Source: Candidatus Cloacimonadales bacterium (GTDB lineage Bacteria > Cloacimonadota > Cloacimonadia > Cloacimonadales > JAFGVF01). Taken from it: DNA of 64,000 nt. Under the pieces are notes generated by a model. That model was not told the DNA's origin, searched no databases, and saw only the letters and a program-made list of their open reading frames with translations. The stretch spans positions 96,001 through 160,000 of the forward strand of contig CAXXOU010000002.1 of NCBI GenBank assembly GCA_963677495.2, read 5' to 3'. The translations under genes and the position numbers were made by a program. Positions 40,001-48,815 of the stretch are shown in pieces. The stretch's first letter is position 1. Every line of letters starts with the position of its first letter.

Positions 40001-41327
40001 TGAGCCTAAAGATGAAGAAGGACATTACGGAAAAGAAAAATGGGGTGTCACAGCAATACTATGGTCAATGGCAACTGAACATGGGGCAAGAATGTATGGG
40101 GATTTTGGAAGATATGTTTTTCAAAGTGCATTTAGAAATTGGGATATTGATCCAAATGATTTGAGTAATTTAGCTATTGAGTGGATTTTTAAAAAATATG
40201 GCTATGATTCTGCATTGTTTAATGATTTTGACTTAAAGATTGGTACTGGACGAGGACGGAATACTTTTCCTCATGAACGAATTGGTAAAAAATATCAATG
40301 GATAGCTTTATATGAGATGCTAGCAAGAGTTTCTGATAATTGTAAGAAATATGCAGATTGGAGTTTTCTACATTCAGAAGAGGATGCATTTCAAGGTCCA
40401 TGGGAACCCTATGTTAGAGATATTGATCCTACAATGATAATAAACAAAACAGGAAGTTATGATGAAGAAGCACTTCATGACTTCTGGTGGTCTCAAGAAA
40501 AATATATGAACTGGGAATTTGAGAATGAGGAATGGATAAAATTGATTGAAGACCTTCCTAATTCTAAAAAAATCATAAATATTGTTAACAAATCTGGTGA
40601 AGAATGGCTTGTACTTGAAGGTTATCCTGAGTGGGCAGAATCAAAAAAAGTTGGAGATGAGAAATGGGATAAACCACATAAAAGGATATGGTATCAACTG
40701 AGAAGTTATCTAATTACAGATGATGACTATGTAAAAATTAAAGATTGGGCTTCAAATCAGGACTTTATGGGGAGATGGATGCCTGAAAGCTCCAGTAGAT
40801 ATCAAGTTTTTAGCAGAGAATATTATTGGTCGCCAGCTTACAATTATTTTTATAACAAAGAATATTATGGAGGAATGGAGCTTAAAGAAATACATGAAAA
40901 GATAACTGAAGATTCTATAGGTAATGTAATCTTAACTACTAACAACTTTTTATGGGAAGAAGAATTTGATCAGTCCAAAGAGGATTCAATTCACTTCCTG
41001 AAACCATCAAAGTATATATTTGAGCATATGAAGTTGGTTTATTCTAAAAAAGAGGGTGAGTTTACAGACGATACAGGAGAAGTAATATGTTTTGCACCTT
41101 CTGTGTATTTTGATTCTCAATCTTATCTGATAATAAAGAAGTACCCATTACTTAAGTTCTTAAAAGAATCCAAACTAAGATTACTTTGGACAGTTTTAGG
41201 AGAGAAATCTATCATTGGAGGTCATTCAAACGGAGATGTATTTTATGGTAGGCTTGAAATAAGTGGAGTATACTATTTAAATGAAAACAATGAAGTCGAA
41301 GGAAAAGTTTCTACCAAAGTAACATAA
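37095..41327 (+). CDS. avs2: AVAST type 2-like STAND NTPase with N-terminal PD-(D/E)xK-type nuclease (antiphage)
   Basis: N-terminus WNNIR..GFEELVCQLA..PDAGVE..AWQAKY; Walker A GEAGIGKS; Walker B LFIDAVNE; long helical C-terminus; 1410 aa. Confidence 0.75.
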   Translation: MSINWNNIRTLENSQNEGFEELVCQLARKENIPNLKKFIRKGKPDAGVECFWILDNDDEIAWQAKYFTSSLEDTQWSQIDNSIRTVLDKHPKLKKYYIAIPNDPPDARIEGQTSMLDKWDSRVTKWKGWALEKGLTVEFIPWWSSDLIERLQKPENDGLTYFWFNKEEFTDEWCKEQSELSISDLGKRYTPKLNIKLEISEIFNGISRDKDFLNQVTTLFDDFLIMGKKTIPRIDDLDSCSSALKKELKAIHDLFSSTDFQGIETLPVNEFLTSIENTDQIVTKIRDSYLEQESKLQTNPDDYRYYKKFGSEISHIRDFENSIYSLSRFLEDTTMKLANHPFLLLEGEAGIGKSHLLADIISTRTKDNLVSLLFLGQHFVTDEDPWTQIFKKNDINCSVDEFLGALNSKAQIRGRRIILFIDAVNEGRGKYFWNNNIKSFLTKVKKYKWLGVVMSIRTSYSNLIFPKDEIKEDEIIRYTHYGFRNQEYEATKLFFNNYGIELPSIPLLHPEFQNPLFLLLFCEGLNKAGYTKIPDGLQGITAIIDFFITSVNNILSKPTRLDYPRSINIVRKAIESLIAYKIDNHLRYVPFEQAFVLFNKMSHEFSTKKRGLIDELISEGILSKNLFWNPEKRYEEGVYLVYERFEDHLTASYIIDTNPEIEEAFKEGGTLFNLVKDEISCNINKGVIEALTIQIPEKKGKEFYEYVPHIKDSYPIIECFVQSLLWRKNETTSKKLVGYVNSTVLKYQGTFDLFWDTILSVTSTPDHYFNAYSLHNNLMGFSLPERDAWWTIYLKQQFYDGSPVKRLIDWSWNTNDKSHISDESVKLTSITLSWFHTSTNRKLRDSATKALICLLENRIHILIELLKLFEKVNDPYVYERLFAVAYGCSVRTEQTDKLSELSNYIFETIFNDEVEVYPHILLRDYARGVIEFTYYRGYDLEFDISMSRPPYKSSFIGSYPKNEEINELYEPKDEEGHYGKEKWGVTAILWSMATEHGARMYGDFGRYVFQSAFRNWDIDPNDLSNLAIEWIFKKYGYDSALFNDFDLKIGTGRGRNTFPHERIGKKYQWIALYEMLARVSDNCKKYADWSFLHSEEDAFQGPWEPYVRDIDPTMIINKTGSYDEEALHDFWWSQEKYMNWEFENEEWIKLIEDLPNSKKIINIVNKSGEEWLVLEGYPEWAESKKVGDEKWDKPHKRIWYQLRSYLITDDDYVKIKDWASNQDFMGRWMPESSSRYQVFSREYYWSPAYNYFYNKEYYGGMELKEIHEKITEDSIGNVILTTNNFLWEEEFDQSKEDSIHFLKPSKYIFEHMKLVYSKKEGEFTDDTGEVICFAPSVYFDSQSYLIIKKYPLLKFLKESKLRLLWTVLGEKSIIGGHSNGDVFYGRLEISGVYYLNENNEVEGKVSTKVT

Positions 41328-41503
41328 TGTAGAGAAAGTTTAGCGCTTTCACTATGATAGACATAGTGATTGTAAGCCAAGGTAAGAGATAATTCGTAAC
41401 GGTTCTTGGGTGTGATTAAGGATATTATGAATGCTTGCAATTAATACCGTTGTTATAGGGAAAGAAAAAAGGGCTAACTCATTGCTAGCCCCATTATAAA
41501 AGG

Positions 41504-41579
<76 letters not shown>

Positions 41580-41672
41580 ATCTGATATGCAGAAAATAAA
41601 TTTTGGGCTTAGGTGTCAATAAAAAAGGTTTGGGTGAGAGGATAGGGTAAGATCTTAAACAGTTTCGACAGT

Positions 41673-41815
41673 CATTGTACTGCTACAATTGTTATCACTT
41701 TCGAAGGAGACTCCTATTGAAACCCTATTCAAATGTTGTTTATGGACAACAGGATTTGGACTAGTTTCTGAGGTGGAAGAGTCTGTTGAAACATGATAAT
41801 TGTAGCAGAACAGTG
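41673..41815. repeat. Degenerate palindromic element with imperfect 18-bp terminal inverted repeat
   Basis: CATTGTACTGCTACAATT / AATTGTAGCAGAACAGTG; same length and end style as 20221-20362; inner phasing decayed. Confidence 0.55.
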
Positions 41816-41917
41816 AGATTGAAGTGAGATATACCTATTTCGAAGAAATTAGTATAATAAATATTTTTTACTTTACAACTCAAATGTAAGTTTAGATAGT
41901 AGTATATGGAGGTTTGT

Positions 41918-42925
41918 ATGAAAAAAGTAATATTTGCAATTGTTGTGTTGTGCTTAAGTCTTGCAGTTCAATCAACTGAGTCTGATATGAAAATTGATTT
42001 AACTGAAAGGTTTAACCATAATCAGGGTAGTGTTCAGGAGGATTATACTGAATACCATTATGTTAATGAGGATAGCGATTTGATCGATTATACGATTAAT
42101 TACGAGGGTGCAACAGGTTCCGGTACAGAAGCTGTTAAACAAGTTTATCAATACACAGATTCCGGCGAGATTCTATCTATAACCCAATATTTATTTCATG
42201 AAAATGACTGGGAACCTAACTATTTAGCTGAATACGAATATTGTAGTTATGGGGAAGATTTGCTTTCAATGTATATGTACATGACTGGAGAATGGCATCT
42301 GTATGCTCAAATGGATTATCTTTGGAACAATGGTGTTAACTATAGGACAGATCACTATCTAAGCACTACCGGTGACCCGGAGTTGGTAGGCTATTATCAT
42401 AACACTTATGATGGAGATAACCTAATAACAGAACTTATATATAGTAACATAAACGGGCAGTGGATGCAATACGCCAGAAATGAGTATAGTTATAATCAAT
42501 ATGGAATGGAGACATTGGAGATGTACCAACTAAACTTTAACACGATGACTGAAGAATTCAATGGTAGATACGAGTTTAGTTATCAAGATAGTGTAGTTCA
42601 TGAAAGCCAATTCTTCATTGGTTCTAACTATGATGATGCGACCTTAAGTATTAGTTTGCTATATCATTATGTGCCAACAGCTGTTGAGGAGAATGTGATC
42701 CCAAGACTTACAATATCTGTTTATCCCAATCCCTGTAAAGATTCCTTTAAGATAGTATCAGATGAGCACTTAGCGGATTATGTATTGTATGATGTGAAAG
42801 GAAGAAAACTTAAAGAGATTGACACAAATGATGTAATCGATACATCAAATCTTTCCAATGGAATATACTTTATAAAATCAAAGAATCATAAAACAGCTAC
42901 AAAGAAAGTAGTGGTTGTAAAATAG
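41918..42925 (+). CDS. Acidic Tyr-rich secreted protein with T9SS-type-A-like C-terminal domain
   Basis: Signal peptide; Y-x-Y beta repeats; VYPNP..YDVKGR..LSNGIYFIK..KKVVVVK. Confidence 0.75.
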   Translation: MKKVIFAIVVLCLSLAVQSTESDMKIDLTERFNHNQGSVQEDYTEYHYVNEDSDLIDYTINYEGATGSGTEAVKQVYQYTDSGEILSITQYLFHENDWEPNYLAEYEYCSYGEDLLSMYMYMTGEWHLYAQMDYLWNNGVNYRTDHYLSTTGDPELVGYYHNTYDGDNLITELIYSNINGQWMQYARNEYSYNQYGMETLEMYQLNFNTMTEEFNGRYEFSYQDSVVHESQFFIGSNYDDATLSISLLYHYVPTAVEENVIPRLTISVYPNPCKDSFKIVSDEHLADYVLYDVKGRKLKEIDTNDVIDTSNLSNGIYFIKSKNHKTATKKVVVVK

Positions 42926-42933
42926 GAGGGTAT

Positions 42934-43941
42934 GTGAAGAGAGTCATTAGCATTGCAATATTACTTACTGCAACAATGTTACTAAATGCCATTAATCGTG
43001 ATCCGGTTGTATCTCGAATGATTGGTTATCAGTACGATAATGGGTGGCAACAGGATCGATACATCGATTTTGACTATAATGACAATGGATTGGTTGATGT
43101 TACATCCTACTTCGAAGGCGATGTTGATGCCGGTGTTGAGTATATGAGAACAGTACACTCATATAATGAAGAAGGAGATATCATCCTTGATATGGAGTAT
43201 GATATTGTTACTGATTCTTTGGAACCAGTAGGTAAGGTAGAATATGAGTACTGTGCAGAAGGGCTTGATTTAAAGACTTACTATGCTTGGGAAGATGAAG
43301 CTTGGGAAGTTATTACTATTTGGGATAATCTGTGGCAAGATGGTATTCTGTATAGAATGGATCAAACGGTATATTCTATTTATGGAGATATGGAGATGTA
43401 TGACCTTTATACATACGATGAAGGTCATTTGGTTTCTAAAGTGTCATACTCATATATAGAATACTATGGTGGTTGGGTCCAAATGAGTAGAACAGAATAC
43501 ACATACAACGAACATGGTATTTTTGAAAGAGATGTTTATAATGTGGATCTAACTTCTAATACTGAATACCACTCTTTTCATGAAAGCAATTCCTATATAG
43601 ATGGCTTGTTGTCTGAAACGATTTATTCCTATGCTCAAGGTGCAACCAATGCCCTTGAACTTTATAGACGTTATACTTATGAATACTCTAACACCCCTTT
43701 AGAAGAGAATGTTCAACCAATAGTAAATGTATCTGTTTATCCAAACCCATGTAAAGACAGTTTCAAGCTAACATCAGATACTAGACTTGATGATGTTGTG
43801 TTGTACGATATCAAGGGTAGAAAGATTAAGGATATTGAGGTAAACAATGCAGTTGATACTACTAACTTAGCTAATGGTATCTACTTCTTAAAGTCAAAAC
43901 AGAATAAGGCTATAGCTAAAAAGGTTGTAGTAGTGAAGTAA
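42934..43941 (+). CDS. Paralog of preceding secreted protein with T9SS-type-A-like C-terminal domain
   Basis: Similar repeats (EYEYC); highly similar CTD VYPNPCKDSFK...KKVVVVK. Confidence 0.75.
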   Translation: MKRVISIAILLTATMLLNAINRDPVVSRMIGYQYDNGWQQDRYIDFDYNDNGLVDVTSYFEGDVDAGVEYMRTVHSYNEEGDIILDMEYDIVTDSLEPVGKVEYEYCAEGLDLKTYYAWEDEAWEVITIWDNLWQDGILYRMDQTVYSIYGDMEMYDLYTYDEGHLVSKVSYSYIEYYGGWVQMSRTEYTYNEHGIFERDVYNVDLTSNTEYHSFHESNSYIDGLLSETIYSYAQGATNALELYRRYTYEYSNTPLEENVQPIVNVSVYPNPCKDSFKLTSDTRLDDVVLYDIKGRKIKDIEVNNAVDTTNLANGIYFLKSKQNKAIAKKVVVVK

Positions 43942-43942
43942 A

Positions 43943-45706
43943 ATGAAAAGAGTTGTATTGTACCTATTATTGTTCACAATCTGTTTTTTAAACTCGACTG
44001 AGCAGATACAGATAGGGGATGGGAACATTACAAACTCGCATTTACCTGTATATAATAGAATAAACTATAGTTATTCACAGATGATTTATCCCGATTATCT
44101 CTTTGCTTATGACATTGAGATAATCGGGATTGCTTTTAACCTGAACTTTGACCCGGATACACCAAACCCAGATGCATATAATCAATTCTTTCAGTTACAG
44201 AATGATATTGTTATAAAACTGGGAATGACTGATACTAATAGCTTTAACAACTCATCATGGTTTATAGATAATGATCTTGCCGAGTGCTTCAACGGAACTT
44301 GGAGTTCAGATGACTTTGAGTTTACTGATGCAAGCTCAGGTTGGTTAAATATTTCACTGGAAACTCCTTTCCAGTTTCATCAAGGGCAAAGCTTATTGAT
44401 AAGTATTGATGAAAATAGAGATGGATACCTATCTGCATATGAGAGGTTCTTATGCCATAGTTACGCAGATACAATGGGATTGTACACCGGAAGTATGAAT
44501 ACCAACATTGATCCTAATCAACTGGATAATGAGACTATATATTACGAAACAAATCTACCTAATATTAGGCTTATAGTGAATCGTGAAATGATCTATCCTG
44601 AACAACCTTATCCAATAAATGGGGCTGTTGATATAGCAGTTAATACTAATCTAAACTGGTATTGGAATGCTGAGAGTTATGATATTTTTCTTGGTACTAA
44701 CGAAAACAACTTATCCCTGATAGGGGAGAACCAAGCATCAGAAAGCTTCGATATACCTTTTGATTTACAATTAGATACTAACTACTACTGGAGAGTTGAA
44801 GGTCAGTTCCCTGAAGAGTTAAGAGTCGGGCCTGTCTGGCATTTTGTTACTTTGGAAGGTCAGAATGTCTGTTTCCAGGATGACTTTGAATCATATCCTG
44901 CCTTTCAGGATCTATCACAACCGTGGACGGCTATAGATGGTGACGAAGCTGATACTTATGGCTTAACAGGATGGGACTTCACAGGTGAGGGAGAACCACA
45001 TTGCTTCTTGGTCTGGGAACCGGGACAGTTAACAGACTTTCCTTTCAATGCGTTTACCGGGGAGAAGTGTATAGTATCTCTTGCTTCGGTGATTCCCCCC
45101 AATAGTGATCTAATAATCTCACCTGTCATCGATCCAATAGAAACAGGTTCTTTTAGCTTTGTGGCAAGATCTATGACTGCTCAGTATGGACTGGAAAGAC
45201 TAAAACTCTATATCTATCCTAATGCAGACTTAAGCAATCCTATCTCATTATTGGAGGAAAGCTATCTTGAAGTACCTGATGTTTGGACACATTTTGATTT
45301 CAATATCAGTGAGTGGTCTAACCAAAGCATCAGAGTTGGTATTGAATGTTGCTCCTACGATGCATTGCTCTTAGCAGTTGATAATCTCATGATATCAGGA
45401 GTTACGGCAAACCAGAACAATGTAGTTGAAGCAGTTATCCCCTGTTTGAGCATATACCCCAACCCAATAAGCAATCAAAGTAAGATTGAATTTTATATCA
45501 ATGTCCCTTCAAAAGCAACTCTTTCTATTTATGACATAAAAGGTCGAAGGTTAGGAGAGTACAAACCTACATACGATCAGCTATTAGCAAATAGTATTGA
45601 CATTGAGTGTCTTATAGAAACAGAAGCACTAAGTTCAGGAATATACTTCATAAAACTCGAATCAGGGAATCACTCACAAACCTCAAAGGCAATTTTAATT
45701 AAGTAA
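43943..45706 (+). CDS. Secreted protein with cleaved-adhesin/choice-of-anchor J-like domain and CTD
   Basis: DDFESY..WTAIDGD..DLIISP..LLAVDN; IYPNP..YDIKGR..SSGIYF. Confidence 0.7.
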   Translation: MKRVVLYLLLFTICFLNSTEQIQIGDGNITNSHLPVYNRINYSYSQMIYPDYLFAYDIEIIGIAFNLNFDPDTPNPDAYNQFFQLQNDIVIKLGMTDTNSFNNSSWFIDNDLAECFNGTWSSDDFEFTDASSGWLNISLETPFQFHQGQSLLISIDENRDGYLSAYERFLCHSYADTMGLYTGSMNTNIDPNQLDNETIYYETNLPNIRLIVNREMIYPEQPYPINGAVDIAVNTNLNWYWNAESYDIFLGTNENNLSLIGENQASESFDIPFDLQLDTNYYWRVEGQFPEELRVGPVWHFVTLEGQNVCFQDDFESYPAFQDLSQPWTAIDGDEADTYGLTGWDFTGEGEPHCFLVWEPGQLTDFPFNAFTGEKCIVSLASVIPPNSDLIISPVIDPIETGSFSFVARSMTAQYGLERLKLYIYPNADLSNPISLLEESYLEVPDVWTHFDFNISEWSNQSIRVGIECCSYDALLLAVDNLMISGVTANQNNVVEAVIPCLSIYPNPISNQSKIEFYINVPSKATLSIYDIKGRRLGEYKPTYDQLLANSIDIECLIETEALSSGIYFIKLESGNHSQTSKAILIK

Positions 45707-45821
45707 GCTAAACTTAACTTAATCAAGCAGATTGCAGTGTCCTGAATAAGTTTACCATAGTTTTAGTTACTCAGTTTACTTCAATTGAATGAAATAATTC
45801 TATCTTTTCTAAATTGATTTA

Positions 45822-46610
45822 CTAAGAAGCATATACACTTCCAGGAGTGTTGTAGTCAAGTGAAGAATGATATCTTTTATTATTATAGATATAAACTGCT
45901 TCTTCCGTTGCTTGCAAAGCGACCTTTTTGTTTGGGAATTTCAATTTCATTCCCAGATCATGTTTCAATGTTCTGTTTACTCTTTCAGCGACTGCATTAT
46001 CATAGCAGTGATTCTTTCCTGTCATACTAACTCTTGCATGGCTTCTTTTAAGCAATCCGATGTATTCTTTACTACAGTACTGGACACCATGATCAGAGTG
46101 AAGTATTATACCTCGCGGGATTTTTGTTCCTCTTTTTGCTTTATTAAATGCCTTCACTGCTCCTTTTGTTTCCAGAGTATCAGATAAGTAGTGACCAACT
46201 ATCTTTCTTGAATAGTAGTCTGTTACTAAAAACAGATACATAAACCCCCTTCCAACTGAGATATATGTAATGTCTGTTACCCAAACTTGGTCTTTTTTTG
46301 TGATGTTCGTTTCCGGTAAAAGATTGGGGTATATCTTCAATTTATGCTTCCAGTTTGTTGTAAGTACATATCGCTTGGGAGGTCTTTGCAATAAGTTATT
46401 CATACGTAACAACTCTATTAGTTTATCTCTACTTATCTTTAGGTCAGGATCATTATGTTTTATAAGCATTTTCATTATCATTCGATAGCCTGTTGTCTCC
46501 TGTTCTCGCCGGAGCTCTTCCACGAGTCGCACTATCTCACGGTCTCTCGCAGCATCTCGTTCGAGTATTTTTACATGCTTATTATAGCCTTGTCTTGTAT
46601 AACCGTACAC
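45822..46610 (-). CDS. IS3 transposase OrfB (DDE/rve)
   Basis: WVTDITY, HSDHGVQY, DNAVAERVNRTLK. Confidence 0.9.
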   Translation of the reverse strand: MYGYTRQGYNKHVKILERDAARDREIVRLVEELRREQETTGYRMIMKMLIKHNDPDLKISRDKLIELLRMNNLLQRPPKRYVLTTNWKHKLKIYPNLLPETNITKKDQVWVTDITYISVGRGFMYLFLVTDYYSRKIVGHYLSDTLETKGAVKAFNKAKRGTKIPRGIILHSDHGVQYCSKEYIGLLKRSHARVSMTGKNHCYDNAVAERVNRTLKHDLGMKLKFPNKKVALQATEEAVYIYNNKRYHSSLDYNTPGSVYAS

Positions 46611-46624
46611 CTTACAAATCCTCT

Positions 46625-47059
46625 CTAATCCTCTGTATCGGAGTCCGCATTCAATAGCTCTTTCTTGAGTTTTTCCTGCACTATCGAACCAAGCTTTTTT
46701 TTTAGATCCATACCTAGCTTATTACCGGATACTTCTATCAATGTCTCTAATGCTAACTCTTTAAGATAGCTATCGTCCAATGCACGCTGAAGCCGTCTAT
46801 TCTCCTTGCGTAAGCGGATTAATTCGGTCTTTTCATCTTTAGTCATATAGTGTACCACCTTATCAATCTTTTGATCCATTCCATATTTTTTGATCCAACC
46901 TCGAATGGTTGTCGTACTTGGTATTTTATAAAGCTGAGTTGCTTCACTAATAGTTAAATATCCACTCTCGATTTCGTCTACTACTTTCATCTTAAATACT
47001 ACACTATAGTTTCTCAAAACTCTCTTTTCTTCTTTCTCTTTCATCTCTTTTCCTTTCAT
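46625..47059 (-). CDS. IS3 transposase OrfA (HTH), -1 frameshift into OrfB
   Basis: YS..FKMKVV..WIKKYG, coiled coil; A-AAA-AAG slippery site at about 46694-46700. Confidence 0.85.
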   Translation of the reverse strand: MKGKEMKEKEEKRVLRNYSVVFKMKVVDEIESGYLTISEATQLYKIPSTTTIRGWIKKYGMDQKIDKVVHYMTKDEKTELIRLRKENRRLQRALDDSYLKELALETLIEVSGNKLGMDLKKKLGSIVQEKLKKELLNADSDTED

Positions 47060-47112
47060 AGTTTAGGGTAACTATTTCAGGACAATACAACCCTTACCTT
47101 ACTGCATTAATT

Positions 47113-47193
47113 CCTAGCAATCTCTTGGCAAACACTTGGCAAACACTTGGCTAGGCAAGGAAAGGGCAAGGGAGGAACAAGGTGAAGGCAAGA
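47113..47193. repeat. 11-bp-phased palindromic element (CTTGG -> CAAG)
   Basis: CCTAG/CTTGG at 47113,47124,47135,47146; CAAG at 47156,47167,47178,47189. Confidence 0.8.
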
Positions 47194-47301
47194 GATGATA
47201 TGCCAAAGTCGAGTGCTTAACTTAACATGATTATCACTTGACTTGCAGATAATGACTGTTAATCTGCCTTGAAATTCTATTTACTATTAATTGGAGGATA
47301 T

Positions 47302-48654
47302 ATGAGTAAATTAATGGTCAGTGTATCAGGAATTAGAGGTATTTTTGGAGAAACATTAACTCCTGACCTTGTTATGCAGTTTGCTGCGAAGTTTGGTACT
47401 CTGTGTAACAGAGGTAAGATATTAGTCGGAAGAGATTCAAGAACAACAGGTCCTATTGTTTATCATTCAGTTGTTGCAGGGCTTTTAAGCGTTGGTTGTG
47501 AAGTTGTAAATCTTGGAATCGTTTCAACACCAACAACTCTTCTTGCAGTTGAGGAATCAGATGCAGACGGTGGATTATCTATCACAGCTTCTCATAATCC
47601 TGCTGAGTGGAATGCACTCAAACTTGTGGGTGGAAACGGTATGTTCCTTTTCCCTGAAAATGCTCAGAAATTCATTAAAGATATTGATACTCCTATTGAG
47701 TATTGCAACTGGGATGAAGTTCGAGGTGTAAGCGAAGACTTTGAAGCAACTCAAAGACATATAAAGAAGATTCTTGAGATCCCTTACCTTGATTTAGAGA
47801 AGATAAGAGCTAAGAAGTTCAAAGTTGTTCTCGACTCAGTTAATGGTGCCGGTGGTGTTATCTCTCCAACTCTCCTTAAAGAGTTAGACTGTGAAGTTAT
47901 TGAGCTTAATACAGAACCTACCGGGCATTTTGCACATACCCCAGAGCCATTAACTAAGAACCTTACTCAGATTGCAGATGCTGTTAAAGAACATGGTGCA
48001 GACATTGGTTTTGCAACTGACCCAGACGTAGACAGATTAGCTATTGTAGATGAGAAAGGTGAGTGTATTGGTGAAGAGTTCTCTATCCTTTTAACTGAGA
48101 AGTATATTCTGGCTAAGAACAAAGGTGACATCGTAATTAACCTCTCTTCTTCAATGGCATCAGAAGATATAGCTAAGGAGTTTGGTGTTAAAGTACACCG
48201 AACTAAAGTTGGTGAAATTAATGTTGGTAAGAAGATGAAAGAGCTTAAATCACCTGTTGGCGGAGAAGGTAACGGTGGCGTTATCGTACCTGAAGTTCAT
48301 TACACACGTGATGCTCCGGCCGGTATGGCAGTTATTCTTGGTCTTCTTGCTGAAGATGGAAGAAAAGTATCTGAGATAGTTGCTGAGATTCCTCATTATT
48401 TCTTTGCCAAAGGTAAAATAGAGATTCCAGCTGATAAACTTGATCCTGTTATGGAAAATGCAGCTAAGGTTTACGCAGATTATGAGAAAGATACTCAGGA
48501 CGGACTTAAGATTATTGGTGAAAAGTTCTGGATTCATATTAGAAAGTCAGGAACAGAACCTATTATCCGCGTTTATGTTGAGAGTGAAACTCAAGAAAGA
48601 TCTGACCAAATCTGCCAGGAAGCAATCTCTAAAATTACGAACGGAATAGTATAG
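47302..48654 (+). CDS. glmM: Phosphoglucosamine mutase / phosphohexomutase
   Basis: VSGIRG, TASHNP phosphoserine, DPDVDR metal loop, GEGNGG, RKSGTEP. Confidence 0.85.
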   Translation: MSKLMVSVSGIRGIFGETLTPDLVMQFAAKFGTLCNRGKILVGRDSRTTGPIVYHSVVAGLLSVGCEVVNLGIVSTPTTLLAVEESDADGGLSITASHNPAEWNALKLVGGNGMFLFPENAQKFIKDIDTPIEYCNWDEVRGVSEDFEATQRHIKKILEIPYLDLEKIRAKKFKVVLDSVNGAGGVISPTLLKELDCEVIELNTEPTGHFAHTPEPLTKNLTQIADAVKEHGADIGFATDPDVDRLAIVDEKGECIGEEFSILLTEKYILAKNKGDIVINLSSSMASEDIAKEFGVKVHRTKVGEINVGKKMKELKSPVGGEGNGGVIVPEVHYTRDAPAGMAVILGLLAEDGRKVSEIVAEIPHYFFAKGKIEIPADKLDPVMENAAKVYADYEKDTQDGLKIIGEKFWIHIRKSGTEPIIRVYVESETQERSDQICQEAISKITNGIV

Positions 48655-48667
48655 ATTAAACATATAG

Positions 48668-48703
48668 AGCTACCTGAAACGGATGGTTTTCAGGTAGCTT
48701 TTT
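48668..48703 (+). terminator. Terminator after glmM
   Basis: AGCTACCTGAAA...TTTCAGGTAGCT plus T-run. Confidence 0.8.
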
Positions 48704-48815
48704 TGTCATCCCGATTGAGTGAGGTTACGAACCGACCCTTACGGCTTCGTTCATTTCTTTTCACTTCATTCACTCCGTTCAGAGTGAAAAAGTAAATACG
48801 TTACAAGAGGTAAAC

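Larger units (their letters stand above)
45733..47089 (-). mobile_element. IS3-family insertion sequence
   Basis: Imperfect terminal IRs TGCAGTGTCCTGAATAAGTT / TGTATTGTCCTGAAATAGTT; orfA + orfB. Confidence 0.9.

Noticed and set aside
41394..41458. attC-like site after the Avs2-like gene (TAAC...GTTATAG)
   Set aside because: Poor complementarity between the ends, no clear L boxes, no integron integrase or other cassettes.
47090..47096. ACCCTTA immediately after the IS3 end, same as the IS21 target duplication
   Set aside because: Not duplicated at the other IS3 end and not in the REP context; a single 7-mer match is plausibly chance.
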